From Octopus sinensis (lineage: Eukaryota): DNA of 64,000 bases. This document shows, in pieces, positions 11,806-23,739 of the stretch. The DNA lies in NCBI RefSeq assembly GCF_006345805.1, contig NC_043000.1, positions 142,476,001-142,540,000 of the forward strand. The letters run 5' to 3'. A program made the translations under genes and the position numbers. Below the pieces are notes generated by a model, which was not told the origin of the DNA, searched no databases, and worked only from the letters and a program-made list of their open reading frames with translations. The first letter of the stretch is position 1; every line of letters starts with the position of its first letter.

Positions 11806-14309
11806 TTTGAGAGAGAGAGAACGTATGCGAATATGTTTTCTTCTGTTCTAATATACATTTGCAACTACTTAACGTATCCATCCAAACAAGGGTCTCTTAA
11901 TAGGATTCTAACAAAAAGAACGAAATGTGCAGAAATTATAAGGAATTGCTGAGATCAGTTCATTTTGATCTGAATGTAAGATAAATAAGTAAATAAATAA
12001 ATAAACAAATCTTCAATGCAGTTCAATTTGTATGCCAGTCTGCGTCCAAATTAGATGATGAATTGATGAGGTAAATATATAAAAGTTACTAGAAATGGAA
12101 AGAAAATAAATTACTGCAAGAAAGAACTGAAAAGGTACAATATTTCCTTTAAATTACCCTATTGAGTGTTATTTTCGGAGTAGAATAGTCTCATAACATT
12201 TCTAAGTTCTTAGATTTACAAATCATATTAGCGTTAACTATTCTGAAAATTTTCCACAGTTACGGCAATTTCTTGTTCTCTTAAACACATTATCCTTTAA
12301 ATTTACATATGTGTCTGTATGCGTAATTTCAGTATTTCTTTATTGTCTGTTATTCTTTTCGGGTTGTTGTTAATCATTCTCTAAGTATTTTTTCATAAAA
12401 TCTGCTTTCAACTGTGAAAATGCATTTGTAAAGGCCCACGATACTACGAATTGATACTTATTTTCTGCGAAATTTTTCGAAATCACTTTTTTCTACTTAC
12501 CCTAAAATCTTCCCTATTTGTTCCATTTGTTTCTGTATTACATTAACAGAACTAGACTTCTCTCTCAGCCATCTCCCACCACCACCACCACTTTCTCTTC
12601 TTTGTGTGCTTCTATGTGCATTTTACTCTATGTATGATCATCAACTTTTATTGCGGGTGTGGTTTAACGTATTAAGCACACATTATACCGATATATAAGG
12701 AATGAAAAAACGAACGCTCACGTATAAGACACAAACTAATTTTTATTCTAAAAATGAAGACTGATAGAATTGTGTGATTTATCTTCAACTGATTATTTAA
12801 ATTATATATATTTATTTTTAACTTTTTTTTCTATTAGTTTGAAATTAATTTCTTATTTTGGTTATTTTTCTGAAAATTTCTTTCCTGGTTTCCTGTGTTG
12901 AACGTAAGATAAGATTTCTTCGAAATATTTTTCAAAGTTTTTTTCGAAACGGTTTCTTCTTTAATTTCTTTTTTTTTTTTTTCTGTTGATAGATCATGTT
13001 TCACTTTATCGAAGTTTCACAAATAATTAAATAAATACAAAAATAAATAAAATTAAATATTTTCACAATAATTTTACACTAATCATTACAGTAAAATAAA
13101 ACGATGCACAATAAAGAAAATATGCTTCAATAAAGAAAAAAGTTACGTAACTAAATCTCTCGTCCAAAACGAAATAAAAACTCATTTACTATACTGTTTA
13201 TTTTTTACCTTCGTATTTCTATCCTTCCTTCTTCAACCTGTTTCTCTCTCTACCATTCTTTCTCCCTCTTTCTCTTTCTCTTTCTCTTTCTCGCTTTCTC
13301 TCTCCTCTCTGCGTATCTGCCTCTGTACCTTTGCCATTTTCCTTCCTCTCTATATAATCTTAGCACTTTTTGTCTTTGAGTTGCATTATTATTTATTTTA
13401 CTGTATTTTATTGCATTGCTAATTTCAAATGTTGAGAAACTATTGCCAATAAAAATCAATGTTTGCATATTATTTTTGAGACATCATCAGTGTGTTATTT
13501 TCAAATCATGATCTCAAGTAGGGTGGAATGCGATACGTTAATTAAAATATAAAACTTAATTTAATTAATGTAATTTCCTGCGCATGCTTTAAATACATAT
13601 ATTTAAACTTGGTAAAATATTTAGATTAAATATATACTTTTATGTTTAATTAAATTCTTACAATAATCGGAAACAGAATAATGATTTTGACCTATAATTT
13701 CAGAACGCAAAATTTGGAAATTAAATTTGAAATAGTTTCTTTTTTTTAAGTTATAAGAACTTGTGTTACTTCGAAGAATATTTCTTAATGCATAAATAGC
13801 TACTAGGAGAGTAGAAATGATGATACATCAATTTAGCAGTAAACGCTATGACTCTGACTCCTAATGAATGAACAAATATCATATACAATGGTCCACAGAT
13901 ATTAGCACATAAATATTCGTGGATATCTTCTACTAGAATTACTTCTATTATAAAGATTATTCTTTATATTTTTCAGTGATTACAATTTTATATTTTGAAC
14001 AAGATTGCAGGAACTAAAATAGAGGAATGCAGTTTCACATCACAATGAAAAAAGAAATTATCGCTCAAATCAGAACCGACGAACTGCAAACAAGTTTCAG
14101 TGAACGATGGAGCTCTAACAAACGTAGCAACCTAATAAAAATAATAGCCAATTCTCTCTCAATTCCCTCTTTATTCTTATGAAATAAGTGAAACGATTAA
14201 GAATACATACTGAATATAGCCTTCGTACAGTATAATTGTGTGGATGTGAGAGTGTGCGTATATCTGAGTGCGTACGTTCATGCATGCGCATGGGATTGAT
14301 TCATTCAGC

Positions 14310-14375
14310 TAAAATTCTTCAAGGCAGTGCCCCAGCATGGCCACAGTCTAATGACTGAGTCAAGTAAAAGATATA
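14310..14375 (+). mobile_element. Family A / CR1-type 3' tail only
   Basis: TTCTTCAAGGCAGTGCCCCAGCATGGCCACAGTCTAATGACTGAGTCAAGTAAAAG. Confidence 0.75.
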
Positions 14376-14419
14376 AATATATATACATACACACACACAC
14401 ACATACACTTTGTCTCTGC

Positions 14420-14460
<41 letters not shown>

Positions 14461-14540
14461 TCTCTCACACATACACGTGCACATGTTCAACAAGCCCCCT
14501 ATAGTTCTGTCATTGCCAGTATTTACCAATTCTGGACTGT

Positions 14541-14883
14541 AGTATAAGACACTTTCCCAAATTGCTGTACTGATATAGCGTAGGACTGAACCCAAAGCCA
14601 CATTTTTTATTCATTTATTTGTTTCAGTGATATGACTGCAGCCATGCTAGAACACTGCCTTTAGTCAAGCAAGTCAACTCCAGGACTTATTCCTTGTAAG
14701 CCTAGTACTTATTCTATTGGTCTGTTTTGCCGAACCACTAAGTTATGGAGACGTGATTACACCAGCATCGGTTGTCAAACAATGTTGGGGGGACAAACAC
14801 GCACACACACACACACATACACACATGTATACAACCGACTGGCTTCTTCCAGTTTCCATCCGCCAAATCCACTCACAAGGCTT
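14541..14883 (-). mobile_element. SINE family A fragments
   Basis: 14605-14883 is the tail through mid-body, 5'-truncated. 14541-14600 is a separate degenerate head fragment. Confidence 0.8.
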
Positions 14884-15116
14884 TATTTTCCATTTGGTGA
14901 GTCTTTATTGAGGTAATTCTCTTTTAATTCCACGAGAATCTTATCAGACGTCTTGTGACGAGACTCGCGCAAAATCGAAGCAGTATTAAATCTGTTAATC
15001 TCCCACCTTGTAAAAAATATAACAACACAGTCTGATTTCTTAATTACCATGAAACATATTTTGCAAATCAAAAAATTGGGTTTATAAAAGTGTACACACG
15101 AGAATATACATACATT

Positions 15117-15335
15117 ATGGCTGTCCCCTCGTTTTCGAGTATGGCCATTGCACGAAGCTTAACTGTTACTGGTGCTGTGATCGAATGTGACTTTTTAGTT
15201 CAGCCAAAGATCTACAATGTCTTGTACAGAATTGGCAACTAAAACCTTTACCGGTAATAGACGGCTGAAGTTGTAACTGGGCTTCATGTACCTTTGCATG
15301 TCGTTTAAGTCCTCCTGCCGAATTATATACATGCA
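15117..15335 (-). mobile_element. RTE-clade LINE, 3' end
   Basis: ORF 15166-15348(-) reads [13 protein letters not shown]...[25 protein letters not shown], the C-terminal C2H2-like finger typical of RTE ORF ends, followed by a short 3'UTR. Confidence 0.75.
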
Positions 15336-15343
15336 TACATATG

Positions 15344-15480
<137 letters not shown>

Positions 15481-15849
15481 ATTTATTTATTCTCTTTTTG
15501 TTTTGTTAGAAACATGTCAAAGCATTTTTTCCAGCCAACTACTTCCTTTTTACATGCGGCCTCCAAACTGTAAACACACTTTTTTCCCTTGCGCTCGCCA
15601 GAATCTGCGTCTAAGCCAGAAAAAGGCCTTTTTCGTTTGTTTTCTTGTTTATTTTTTATTTCTCGTATTGTATTTTTTTGTACATGTATTTTTATCTTGT
15701 ATTTTATTTTGTATTTTTATTTGTATCGTTTTTACGTCCTGTTTGTGTTACATTGTTTTTCTTTCTTTGTTTTTACCCCCCTGCGAAGTAATTTTATTTA
15801 ACTCTCTCACAGGAAGGGCTGGTTTGGCGAGTTGTGTTCGGTCCTACCT

Positions 15850-16110
15850 TCGAAACACGCTGGAGTTGAACTAGGGACAGCTGAGGAAGGGGATTTTTCC
15901 TTGTGTAGTTTGTTTGAACTCTGTTTTTCTGTTGTAAAAAAATGGTTTATTCCATGCTTGTTTTTCCGTTTTCGTTTCTCGTTGAGTTCTACGTCTATTT
16001 GTGGTGTTCTGTACTCACGTATATATATTTATATATGCATGTATATATACATGTAGATGTAGGTACGTACATATATGTATGTATGCATATATTTTATTTA
16101 TTACACTATT
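15850..16110 (+). repeat. Interspersed repeat 'family P' (microsatellite-anchored)
   Basis: Homologous in reverse orientation to 42465-42772: GGGACAGCTGA(G/T)GAAGGG...TTCCTTG...CTCGTTG(A/T)GTTCTACGT(C/T)TATTTGTGGTGT(T/C)CTGTA...ATGTAGATGTA. Confidence 0.75.
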
Positions 16111-17042
16111 GTATGGCTGAGCGCCCTCTCGTCGATTCGATTCGTTCGTTTCATTCCGTTCTTCTTCTCCAAGTACTGTTATATATATATATATATATAT
16201 CCAAGAAAATAAGGAATGGAACAAGGCAAACATGAACAACGAACACTTCGCAGCAAAGTGATGCTTCTTACATAAGTTGTAACATACAGAGGACAAGCAT
16301 AGCTGATCTTCAGGTGCTTTTACCTATAACATGTTTACTTTTTCGTATGATAATGAATAAATGAATCATCGAACTAACCCCAGGATTGATGACATGTTGA
16401 TAAGAGAAAAGAGAAAAATAATACCAAAATCAAATGCCCTTTGAAAGTATTAGTTAGAGGGTATGTTGCCAAAAAGAAATTAAAATCGGTGCGTTTATAG
16501 ATGGCAATAGGTAGAAGGTTACGTATTGGAACCTCATTTTCAAACAACTACATAAGGACAATAAAGTTGTACCTTATTCTACTATAGAGGAAATCAATCG
16601 GATGAGCCGGGAGTTATCTTTTCATCTTGGTCATGAGGACAGGAAAGAACTCTTCGAGCATAGACCGCCGTGCAAAAATTTAAAAGACCACAAGGCTCAT
16701 TTGTTGTGAATCTTTCTATTCTTGACATTTTCTCCTCTGTCTCTGATAGAAATCAAATAAACAAAGTTACTCTAAATAGAATATTACCCCACCAACGTAA
16801 TAACATTCTATCAAACTTCTGGTCTAGCATCACTGAAGTTATCCACTGCTTTAGATCGGTATCCCATTATAAATAAAGCAAATTTCTATTTTTCTAGCCT
16901 CTCACCCGTTCTACTCAACAAGGCCCACATTTTCGATCCTAGAAATCGGAACTCAGAAGAATGTTGATATAATTCTAACAGCCCGTCACACTGGGATTAG
17001 GTTTTACAGAAAATTATGGGCCCGTAAGGACACTACGATAAT

Positions 17043-17272
17043 TTCTATTTCTTTACTACCCACAGAGGGCTAAACATAGAGGAGACAAACAAGGAGAGAC
17101 AAACGGATTAAGTCGATTATATCTACCCCAGTGCATAAGTGGTACTTATTTAATCGACAGGATGAAAGGCAAAGTCGACCTTGGTGTAATTTGAATTCAG
17201 AACGTAGCAGCAGACAAAATATCGCTAAACATTTCGCCCGGCGTGCTAACGATTCTGTCAGCTCACCACCTT
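17043..17272 (-). mobile_element. SINE family B, full length
   Basis: Reverse complement matches 54006-54230 from head (AAGGTGGTGAGCTGACAGAATCGTTAGCACGCCGGGCG) to tail. Confidence 0.9.
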
Positions 17273-17629
17273 AATTTCGACATCTTGATGATGTCGAGCG
17301 ACCCAGCCCAAGTTACTGACCACATGATATGTTAGGTACTTTTCTGTCTCTGGGAATTTACCACCCCACTTCTCTCTGGTGGTCTCTATAGGTATGACGT
17401 TCTGTGTACCGTCTTGGGCTATAGTAATAGCCAATTCTAGTGGTAATGAAAACGAATTGAAAACGAATTAAATCTTTCTTTAAGAACGTGGTCTTAGTGT
17501 GTGTGTTAAGCTTAACCTTAAAACCACCGACTTCTAAAATGCTACCTTAGATCTTCATAATAATTCTTTCCATCCATATCACAAACTCGTTAAATCTATT
17601 GTAGACAGCGTATCGTACAGAACTTCTGA

Positions 17630-18865
17630 AGCATTGTGGTTTGAGTCACTGCATGTCGAAATATTTAAAAGATCTTTTTCATGTATCATATAGATGTAAT
17701 TTGTGACGCTGAATCCAAATTTGTTATTCAGTTATTCCAGAAAAATTTTGCGAAAGTGTTGCAGGTGTTCAAAGTTTGATAATTTTCAGAATGTTCAGCC
17801 AATCAGAAAACAGCGCGTTCGCTACGCCTTCCATCATCTGTAGCGAGAAAGGGAGAGTGGGTGGCATGTCAAAGTATTATATTTAAGAGTGAAGAATATT
17901 AAAACATACGCGAGCAAATTAAATATTTAAAAGTTGCGAGCAAACCAACTGCAGTTGCTAGAAGTAACTCTAAAAACATTCAAATATACAGAAGCAAATT
18001 AAATATTTAAAGCTACGAGTAAACCAACTGCAGTTGCTAGAAATAACAGTAAAGACATCGCTTAAAACAGATGTTTATTGGTTTAAAAATTCAAGAACGA
18101 AAGTTTGCAATACGCTCTAGGATTTTATGAAATAGATTATCTTTCTCATATCTCCTCCACATAAATTCGCAAAGATACGTGTCAAACATGTAACGGTGTG
18201 TCCCACATGGGAGTTTGTTTCCACGCTTTAAAGACGTCCATCCACTCTCAATTTGTTGAGTGTGAGACATTTTCCAACCATGTATCTTTTCGGACACAGA
18301 TACATTGCAACCTATCCGTTGCCCACGCCAGTACAAATTCCCACGAACCTTTTTTTCTTTTCCATGGAATATCCTTTCTTACAAATCTTCTTTTCTGGTA
18401 TTATTCCTTTCTCTTGGAAGAAATATGCTGCATCTTCTTCCATCAAACAAGAAAGGTTTAAAGTTGTAGCCATCTCGTAACTGTTCTAAAATCACTATAC
18501 CATTCTCGAATCGAATTCCTACTGTTATGAAAACAATTATGGGACATGTGGTGGTTACACTCCTTATGCGCATGCGCAGCATCTTCAGTTATTATGGAAA
18601 CAGAGCTCTTTGCAAACATTTACTATGGAAACAGATTTCTTTGCTTACTATACCAACAGGACTTCACGGTGATGTGTAAAATACTCGCTTCTGATTGGCT
18701 AAACTACCCAAATTTTTCAAATTTAAAGGCTAATAACTTTTTAATTATAGATTTATTGGGAAATTGATTTTCATTTTCTTAATTAGTATAAAAAACTTAA
18801 TCTATATACTAAATTTGAAAACAACTGGAACAAAATTTGAGATTGCTATTCAAACCACAAATATC
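17630..18865 (-). mobile_element. Merlin (IS1595/ISXO2-like) DNA transposon relic, internally deleted
   Basis: ORF 18091-18336(-) reads HTQQIESGWTSLKRGNK..CGTHRYMFDTYLCEFMWRR..F..IL..IA.F, the ISXO2-like C-terminus. An N-terminal piece (MATTLNLSCLMEEDAAYFFQEKGIIPEKKICKKGYSM) lies at ~18360-18475(-). Degenerate long inverted repeats include GCCAATCAGAA ~17798 / TTCTGATTGGC ~18690 and ATTGTGGTTTGA ~17632 / TCAAACCACAA ~18850. Boundaries are approximate. Confidence 0.7.
17908..18060. repeat. Imperfect tandem duplication (~80-bp unit) inside the Merlin relic
   Basis: GCAAATTAAATATTTAAA.G...CGAG.AAACCAACTGCAGTTGCTAGAA occurs twice. Confidence 0.75.
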
Positions 18866-19481
18866 CGAATTCTTTCGTATGAGCTCACTCCATATAAACG
18901 ATCTTCAAATATGATGATGATGATTACTAATATAGTGGATTATGGAAGCGAGGTCGTTGTCAAGTCAACAACTACTACTTGAAACATCCGGATATCACTC
19001 TCACTGCTACCTTCGTAGCATTTTGTGATCTTAGGACGGGTGACCCGTTTAATGACCTTTTAGCCTCCTCAACGAAACACTGCAACTTCAAATACCCAGC
19101 ATCTTGGATAATAAATGTTTGATCATGAACACTCTGAACAAGTGCATGGTCTGCACTGATCGATCTAGGTTTGTCTATGTTAGCGAGCGTGCTGTACAAA
19201 TCTCAAGGTGAGATTACATAACCACTATTTTAACTTTCGGTCAGTGGCTAGGGATAATTGTAGCTCTTTGCCTAGTTTAACCCACGATTTAAGTTGGAAT
19301 TTAGTGGACTGAAATATGAAATGATCCATTGTTAAACACGCTAGACCGTATAATGCATAAAGTAAAAAATGTGCCCCCTGCATTGTTGGAATAATTACTA
19401 TTATGTAATTCCTCCATAATGCCCCTAAATTGCTGGTCTTGTGTCAAAATTTGAAACCAATATTTCAAACCTGTATTCAAA

Positions 19482-19680
19482 GCGGCGAAGTGCCAGAATC
19501 GTTAGCACGCTGAGCAAGTTCTTAATATTATGAGTTCAGACTCCTCCAAGGTTAACTTTACCTTTTCCCCTTTTGGGGTCAATAACATGAGTATCATCTG
19601 AACATTGGGGTTGATGTAATTGATTTAACACCTTCCGCCCAAATTTGCTGATCACGTACCAACATTTGAAAGCAATATTT
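19482..19680 (+). mobile_element. SINE family B-related old copy with alternative tail
   Basis: AGCGGCGAAGTGCCAGAATCGTTAGCACG...GAGTTCAGACTCC...TTTGGGGTCAATAA...TGGGGTTGATGTAATTGATT. Confidence 0.7.
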
Positions 19681-20135
19681 TTCCCTATTATTTTCTTATT
19701 CTTTAAGTTTTTTATTTTATTATTCTTATTTTCTACATAGGCACCAACTTATTTAATGTAATATACATGGGATATTGTATCCCATTGTATTTTCTAATGC
19801 ATCTGCACAGGCTTTAACTTTTTACGCCTATACACATGTTCACGCATCATCTCCTTCAGAGTAATATAAATATAATATTCAGTATATATGTGTGGCCGTG
19901 TAGGCATGTTTCTAAGCGTATGTTTATAGGTGTCTATCAGTATATGTTTCTACCAGTATATTTGCGTGCGTATATATATATATACCTGTGCACGTGTGCA
20001 TGCATATATTCGTACATGTACATATTCGTGCTTGCGCGTGTGTAATTCATCGTCAGATTATTTTTATTCCTATCTTTCTTTTTCACTTTTCATCTTTTAT
20101 CATACTGTTTGTATATTTGTATGTATATATATATA

Positions 20136-20200
<65 letters not shown>

Positions 20201-20332
20201 ATATAGTTGGAATTTACAAAAAAAAGACGAAGACGGGTGTGTAAACAACAATCTGTTGTATTAGATTAACGTTCGGGAGTGTTAGAAAGTCTTTTACGTT
20301 TTGAGCCTACGCACTTTAACAGATATATATGT

Positions 20333-21105
20333 ATCACAAAAGACACGGAGGGTATTGGCCTGCACAGTTTATGCTAAAATAGGCGTTAAATTGTCTTTAA
20401 AACCACACGTCATTCTAACTCAATGATTGATGAAGGAAAGTAAGCCCCTATTGTATAAAGCCGGATCGCGATTTCGAATCTTGGTGTTGACACCTTACTT
20501 CTCATCAGCGGGTTTTAACGCATAGGGTTAAACTCATATGACTGATAGAGAAAGTTGAGTTTAACCTTAGGCGTTAAAAGCCGCTGATGAGAATCAGGGT
20601 GTCAACACCAAGATTTAAAATTGCGATCCAGCTTCATACAATAGGAGCTTACCTCTCTTCGTTAATCATTGAGTTAGAGTGATTTGTGGCTTTAAAGTGA
20701 ATTTAACACTTACTTTAGCATAAATGGTGCTGGCCATCACTCTCCCTCACTTTTGAGGCATCTATTAATTTTGCCTTTAGTTTCTAAGTACTTATAAGCC
20801 ACCTTTTTCTTATTATTTGTTTACATTTACACCGCTTAGAAAATCAGCATAAATTTTAGATTTATATGATTGATAGAGGAAATTAAGTTTAACCCTAGGT
20901 GTCAAAAGCCACTGATGAGAATTAAGGTGTCAACACCAAAATTCGGCTTCATACAATAGGGGTTTAGCTCCCTTCGTCAATGATTGAGTTACATTGATTT
21001 GTGTCTCTAGAGTTAATTTAACTCTTATTTTAGCATAAACGGTACTGGGCAGTATCGTCCCTCACTTTTGTGATCTCTATTAATTTTGCCTTTAGGTCCT
21101 AATTG
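20333..21105. mobile_element. ORF-less hammerhead-bearing repeat: one inverted plus two tandem copies (Penelope pLTR/retrozyme-like)
   Basis: Copy 1 lies at 20333-20536(-), copy 2 at ~20536-20863(+) and copy 3 at ~20864-21105(+), giving a tandem period of ~328 bp. The copies align by eye, and each contains AAAA(G/C)CC(G/A)CTGATGAGAA...GGTGTCAACACCAA. Confidence 0.85.
20456..20516 (-). ncRNA. Type I hammerhead ribozyme (minimal stem III with palindromic loop)
   Basis: Minus strand: AAAACCCG-CTGATGA-GAAGTAA GGTG TCAA CACC AAGATTC-GAAA-TCGCGA-TC^CGGCTTT. Both catalytic boxes are intact. The cleavage triplet is AUC (cut between 20464 and 20463), and stem I pairs with one mismatch. Confidence 0.8.
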
Positions 21106-21150
21106 CTAATATGCCACTCTTTTGATGTGTGTCTGTGTCTATATATATAT

Positions 21151-21438
21151 GCGCCCTTTTCAAACCTAGCCTGGCTCATGGGCCCGGTTTCCCGGTTTTT
21201 ATGGCGTATGTGTTCCCCCCAGGTGGACAGGACGCCAGTCCATCGTAGCGTTACTCAAGAAACAGGAAGAAAAATTAAGAGAAAGTTGGGGCGAAAGGGT
21301 AAAACAGAGGTCCCCCCCCCCTGCCGGAGCCTCGTGGAGCTTTTCGGTGCTTTCGCTCAATAAACACACTCAACGCCCGATCTGGGAATTGAAAACGCGA
21401 TCCTCCGACCACGAGTTCGCTGCCCTAACCACTGGGCC
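21151..21438 (-). mobile_element. SINE with family D head and a different (V-domain-like) body
   Basis: Head GGCCCAGTGGTTAGGGCAGCGAACTCG...TTTATTGAGCGAAAGCACC..AAGCTCCACGA matches 5767-5885. The body GATGGACTGGCGTCCTGTCCA...GAAACCGGG is unrelated to 5940-6057. Confidence 0.8.
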
Positions 21439-22438
21439 GTTGTTTATATATATATATATACACACATGTACATATATACAGACATATGCTTTTACATATA
21501 GTCCTTTTTTCTCTGTAAATTCTATTTGGCTTCCATTACTCCCTACTGATTTTACACGATGGTGAAAGTGTCCTAATGATTTATCTTAGCTGCCTGGAAC
21601 TTAAAGATACCCACCTTATTTACTATTAGAGCGACATACACTCTAACTAATACCTTCAGTGGTCATCCGATTTTGATTCTTTTGTTTTCATTTTTTGTTT
21701 TCTTTTTTCAGCTTTCACTACTTGCAGTGTCTAGTTTGATAATTTGTTTCTTTTTTCTCTTCAAATATGGGACTAAGTATGTAACTTACAATTTTCATTT
21801 CTGTAAGTATGTGTGTTGACTGTCCGTACATACTTGCTGACAGATGTGAAAAGATACGATTCCTCAGATTCATTCAACCGACTAACAATGATTGCCCTGG
21901 AATCGGAAAACGGAATCTAATTACATTCAAACGGTAAGCTATTTCGGTGTTATGCTGGAAATCAAACAGCTGTCACTGGCAAATTTTCCTGACAAGGCTG
22001 TTACCCACTGGACATAGGACTTAATATTTTTCATCCTTAGTCAAGTGCCCTTGTGAAGTGGCTTAATCCATGTTGAATTCTTCAGCCTCAGATTTACCGG
22101 GAAAATTTTGGGTGGTTCGACAATTTTCAGAAAATCGATTGAAGAATTGAAAACAGACTGTAAATAGAACACTTCTACTAATTTGGAGCAATTTTCTTTC
22201 CAGGTAGCATTTCAAGTGTCATTCAGTTGTTTTCTCTCGAGCGATATTTCTAGGTACTTGTAGAATTATTCAGGATTACAACGTATGGTGTACATGACTA
22301 GAAATACTGGCAAAGACTGGCAATCATTTATACATAGTCAAAACTTTGTGTCATTTGCAAGTAGATGTTTGTTACTACACGAAGAGCTCTACGTAATGGT
22401 TCAACTCGCTAGTATGAGTCGTGAAATCACATCTGCTG

Positions 22439-22479
<41 letters not shown>

Positions 22480-22640
22480 GGCGCAGGAGTGGCTGTGTGT
22501 AAGTAGCTTGCTAACCAACCACATGGTTCCGGATTCAGTCCCACTGCGTCGCATCTTGGGCAAGTGTCTTCTGCTATAGCCCCGGGCCGACCAATGCTTT
22601 GTGAATGGATTTGGTAGACGGAAACTGAAAGAAGCCTGTC

Positions 22641-22726
<86 letters not shown>

Positions 22727-22940
22727 ATGTGTGTCTGTGTTTGACCCCCTAGCTTTGCTTGACAACCGATGCTGGTGTTTACGTCCCCGTCACTTAGCGA
22801 ATCTGCAAAAGAGACCGATAGAATAAGTACTGGGCTTACAAAGAATAAGTCTCGGGGTCGATTTGCTCGACTAAAGGCGGTGCTCCAGCATGGCCGCAGT
22901 CAAATGACTGAAACAAGTAGAAGAGTAAAAAGTAAAGAGT
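22480..22940 (+). mobile_element. SINE family A, full length
   Basis: Intact head, long internal (TA)n and intact tail; sits in a (TA)n array. Confidence 0.95.
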
Positions 22941-23739
22941 ATATATATATATATATATACATACACACACACACACACACGTGTGTACGTGAGTGCGCAT
23001 GTGTGTGTACGCGCAGGTGTGAGTGAAACCCAACGCCGGAGCCATGACATGCAAATTAGACCTATCAGAAGTAAATATACAACATAAAGAACATTAAAGC
23101 TAAGCACTTTTGAAAGCATTTAATGTCTTGCCCGAGAAGTTTGTATTATATGTAACAATTAATATTCAAGTTTCTGTGATATGAGTCCATTCCTCGATAA
23201 TGTTCTGGTTGCATTATTGCAATCAGTAAACTAACTTATTATGCAATATAAATAGGAAAATATGTAACTTCCATTTCGATGCAAATGTTGAACCGAGTCG
23301 GAACTCATCAAAACTACGAATTAACTGAAAGTGGTCAATATAATAGGAAAACAATATTATATTGCTCATAAATTTATGTTTATAAAAAAAAACGCAGATA
23401 TATAATAACAGATAATAACTTATTACCGAGATGTACTCGCATAGCAAGTAATTTGATCTAAGATCGTGTGCTGAAACGAAAACAATTGCAGCGTGGAAGG
23501 TGTTTGTAAGCCATTTAAGAAACACACAAAAGCCATCCATTCCTGTGTTACTAGAGCCATGTGTGATAGTACAGAGTCTTACTAAAACACATATGGCCTT
23601 CCATTGTATACACTGTCAGTCCAGGGTGTAACAATTATATCCAGGACCTCAATGTAGGCGTGAGAGTTAAATGTTGAAGTGAATCGAACGGCTTTTGTGT
23701 GTTTCTTAAATGGCTTACAAACACCTTGCACGCTGCAAT

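Noticed and set aside
17908-18060. Repeat-spacer pattern as a CRISPR array
   Set aside because: Only two imperfect units with similar spacers, in a eukaryotic transposon context with no cas genes.
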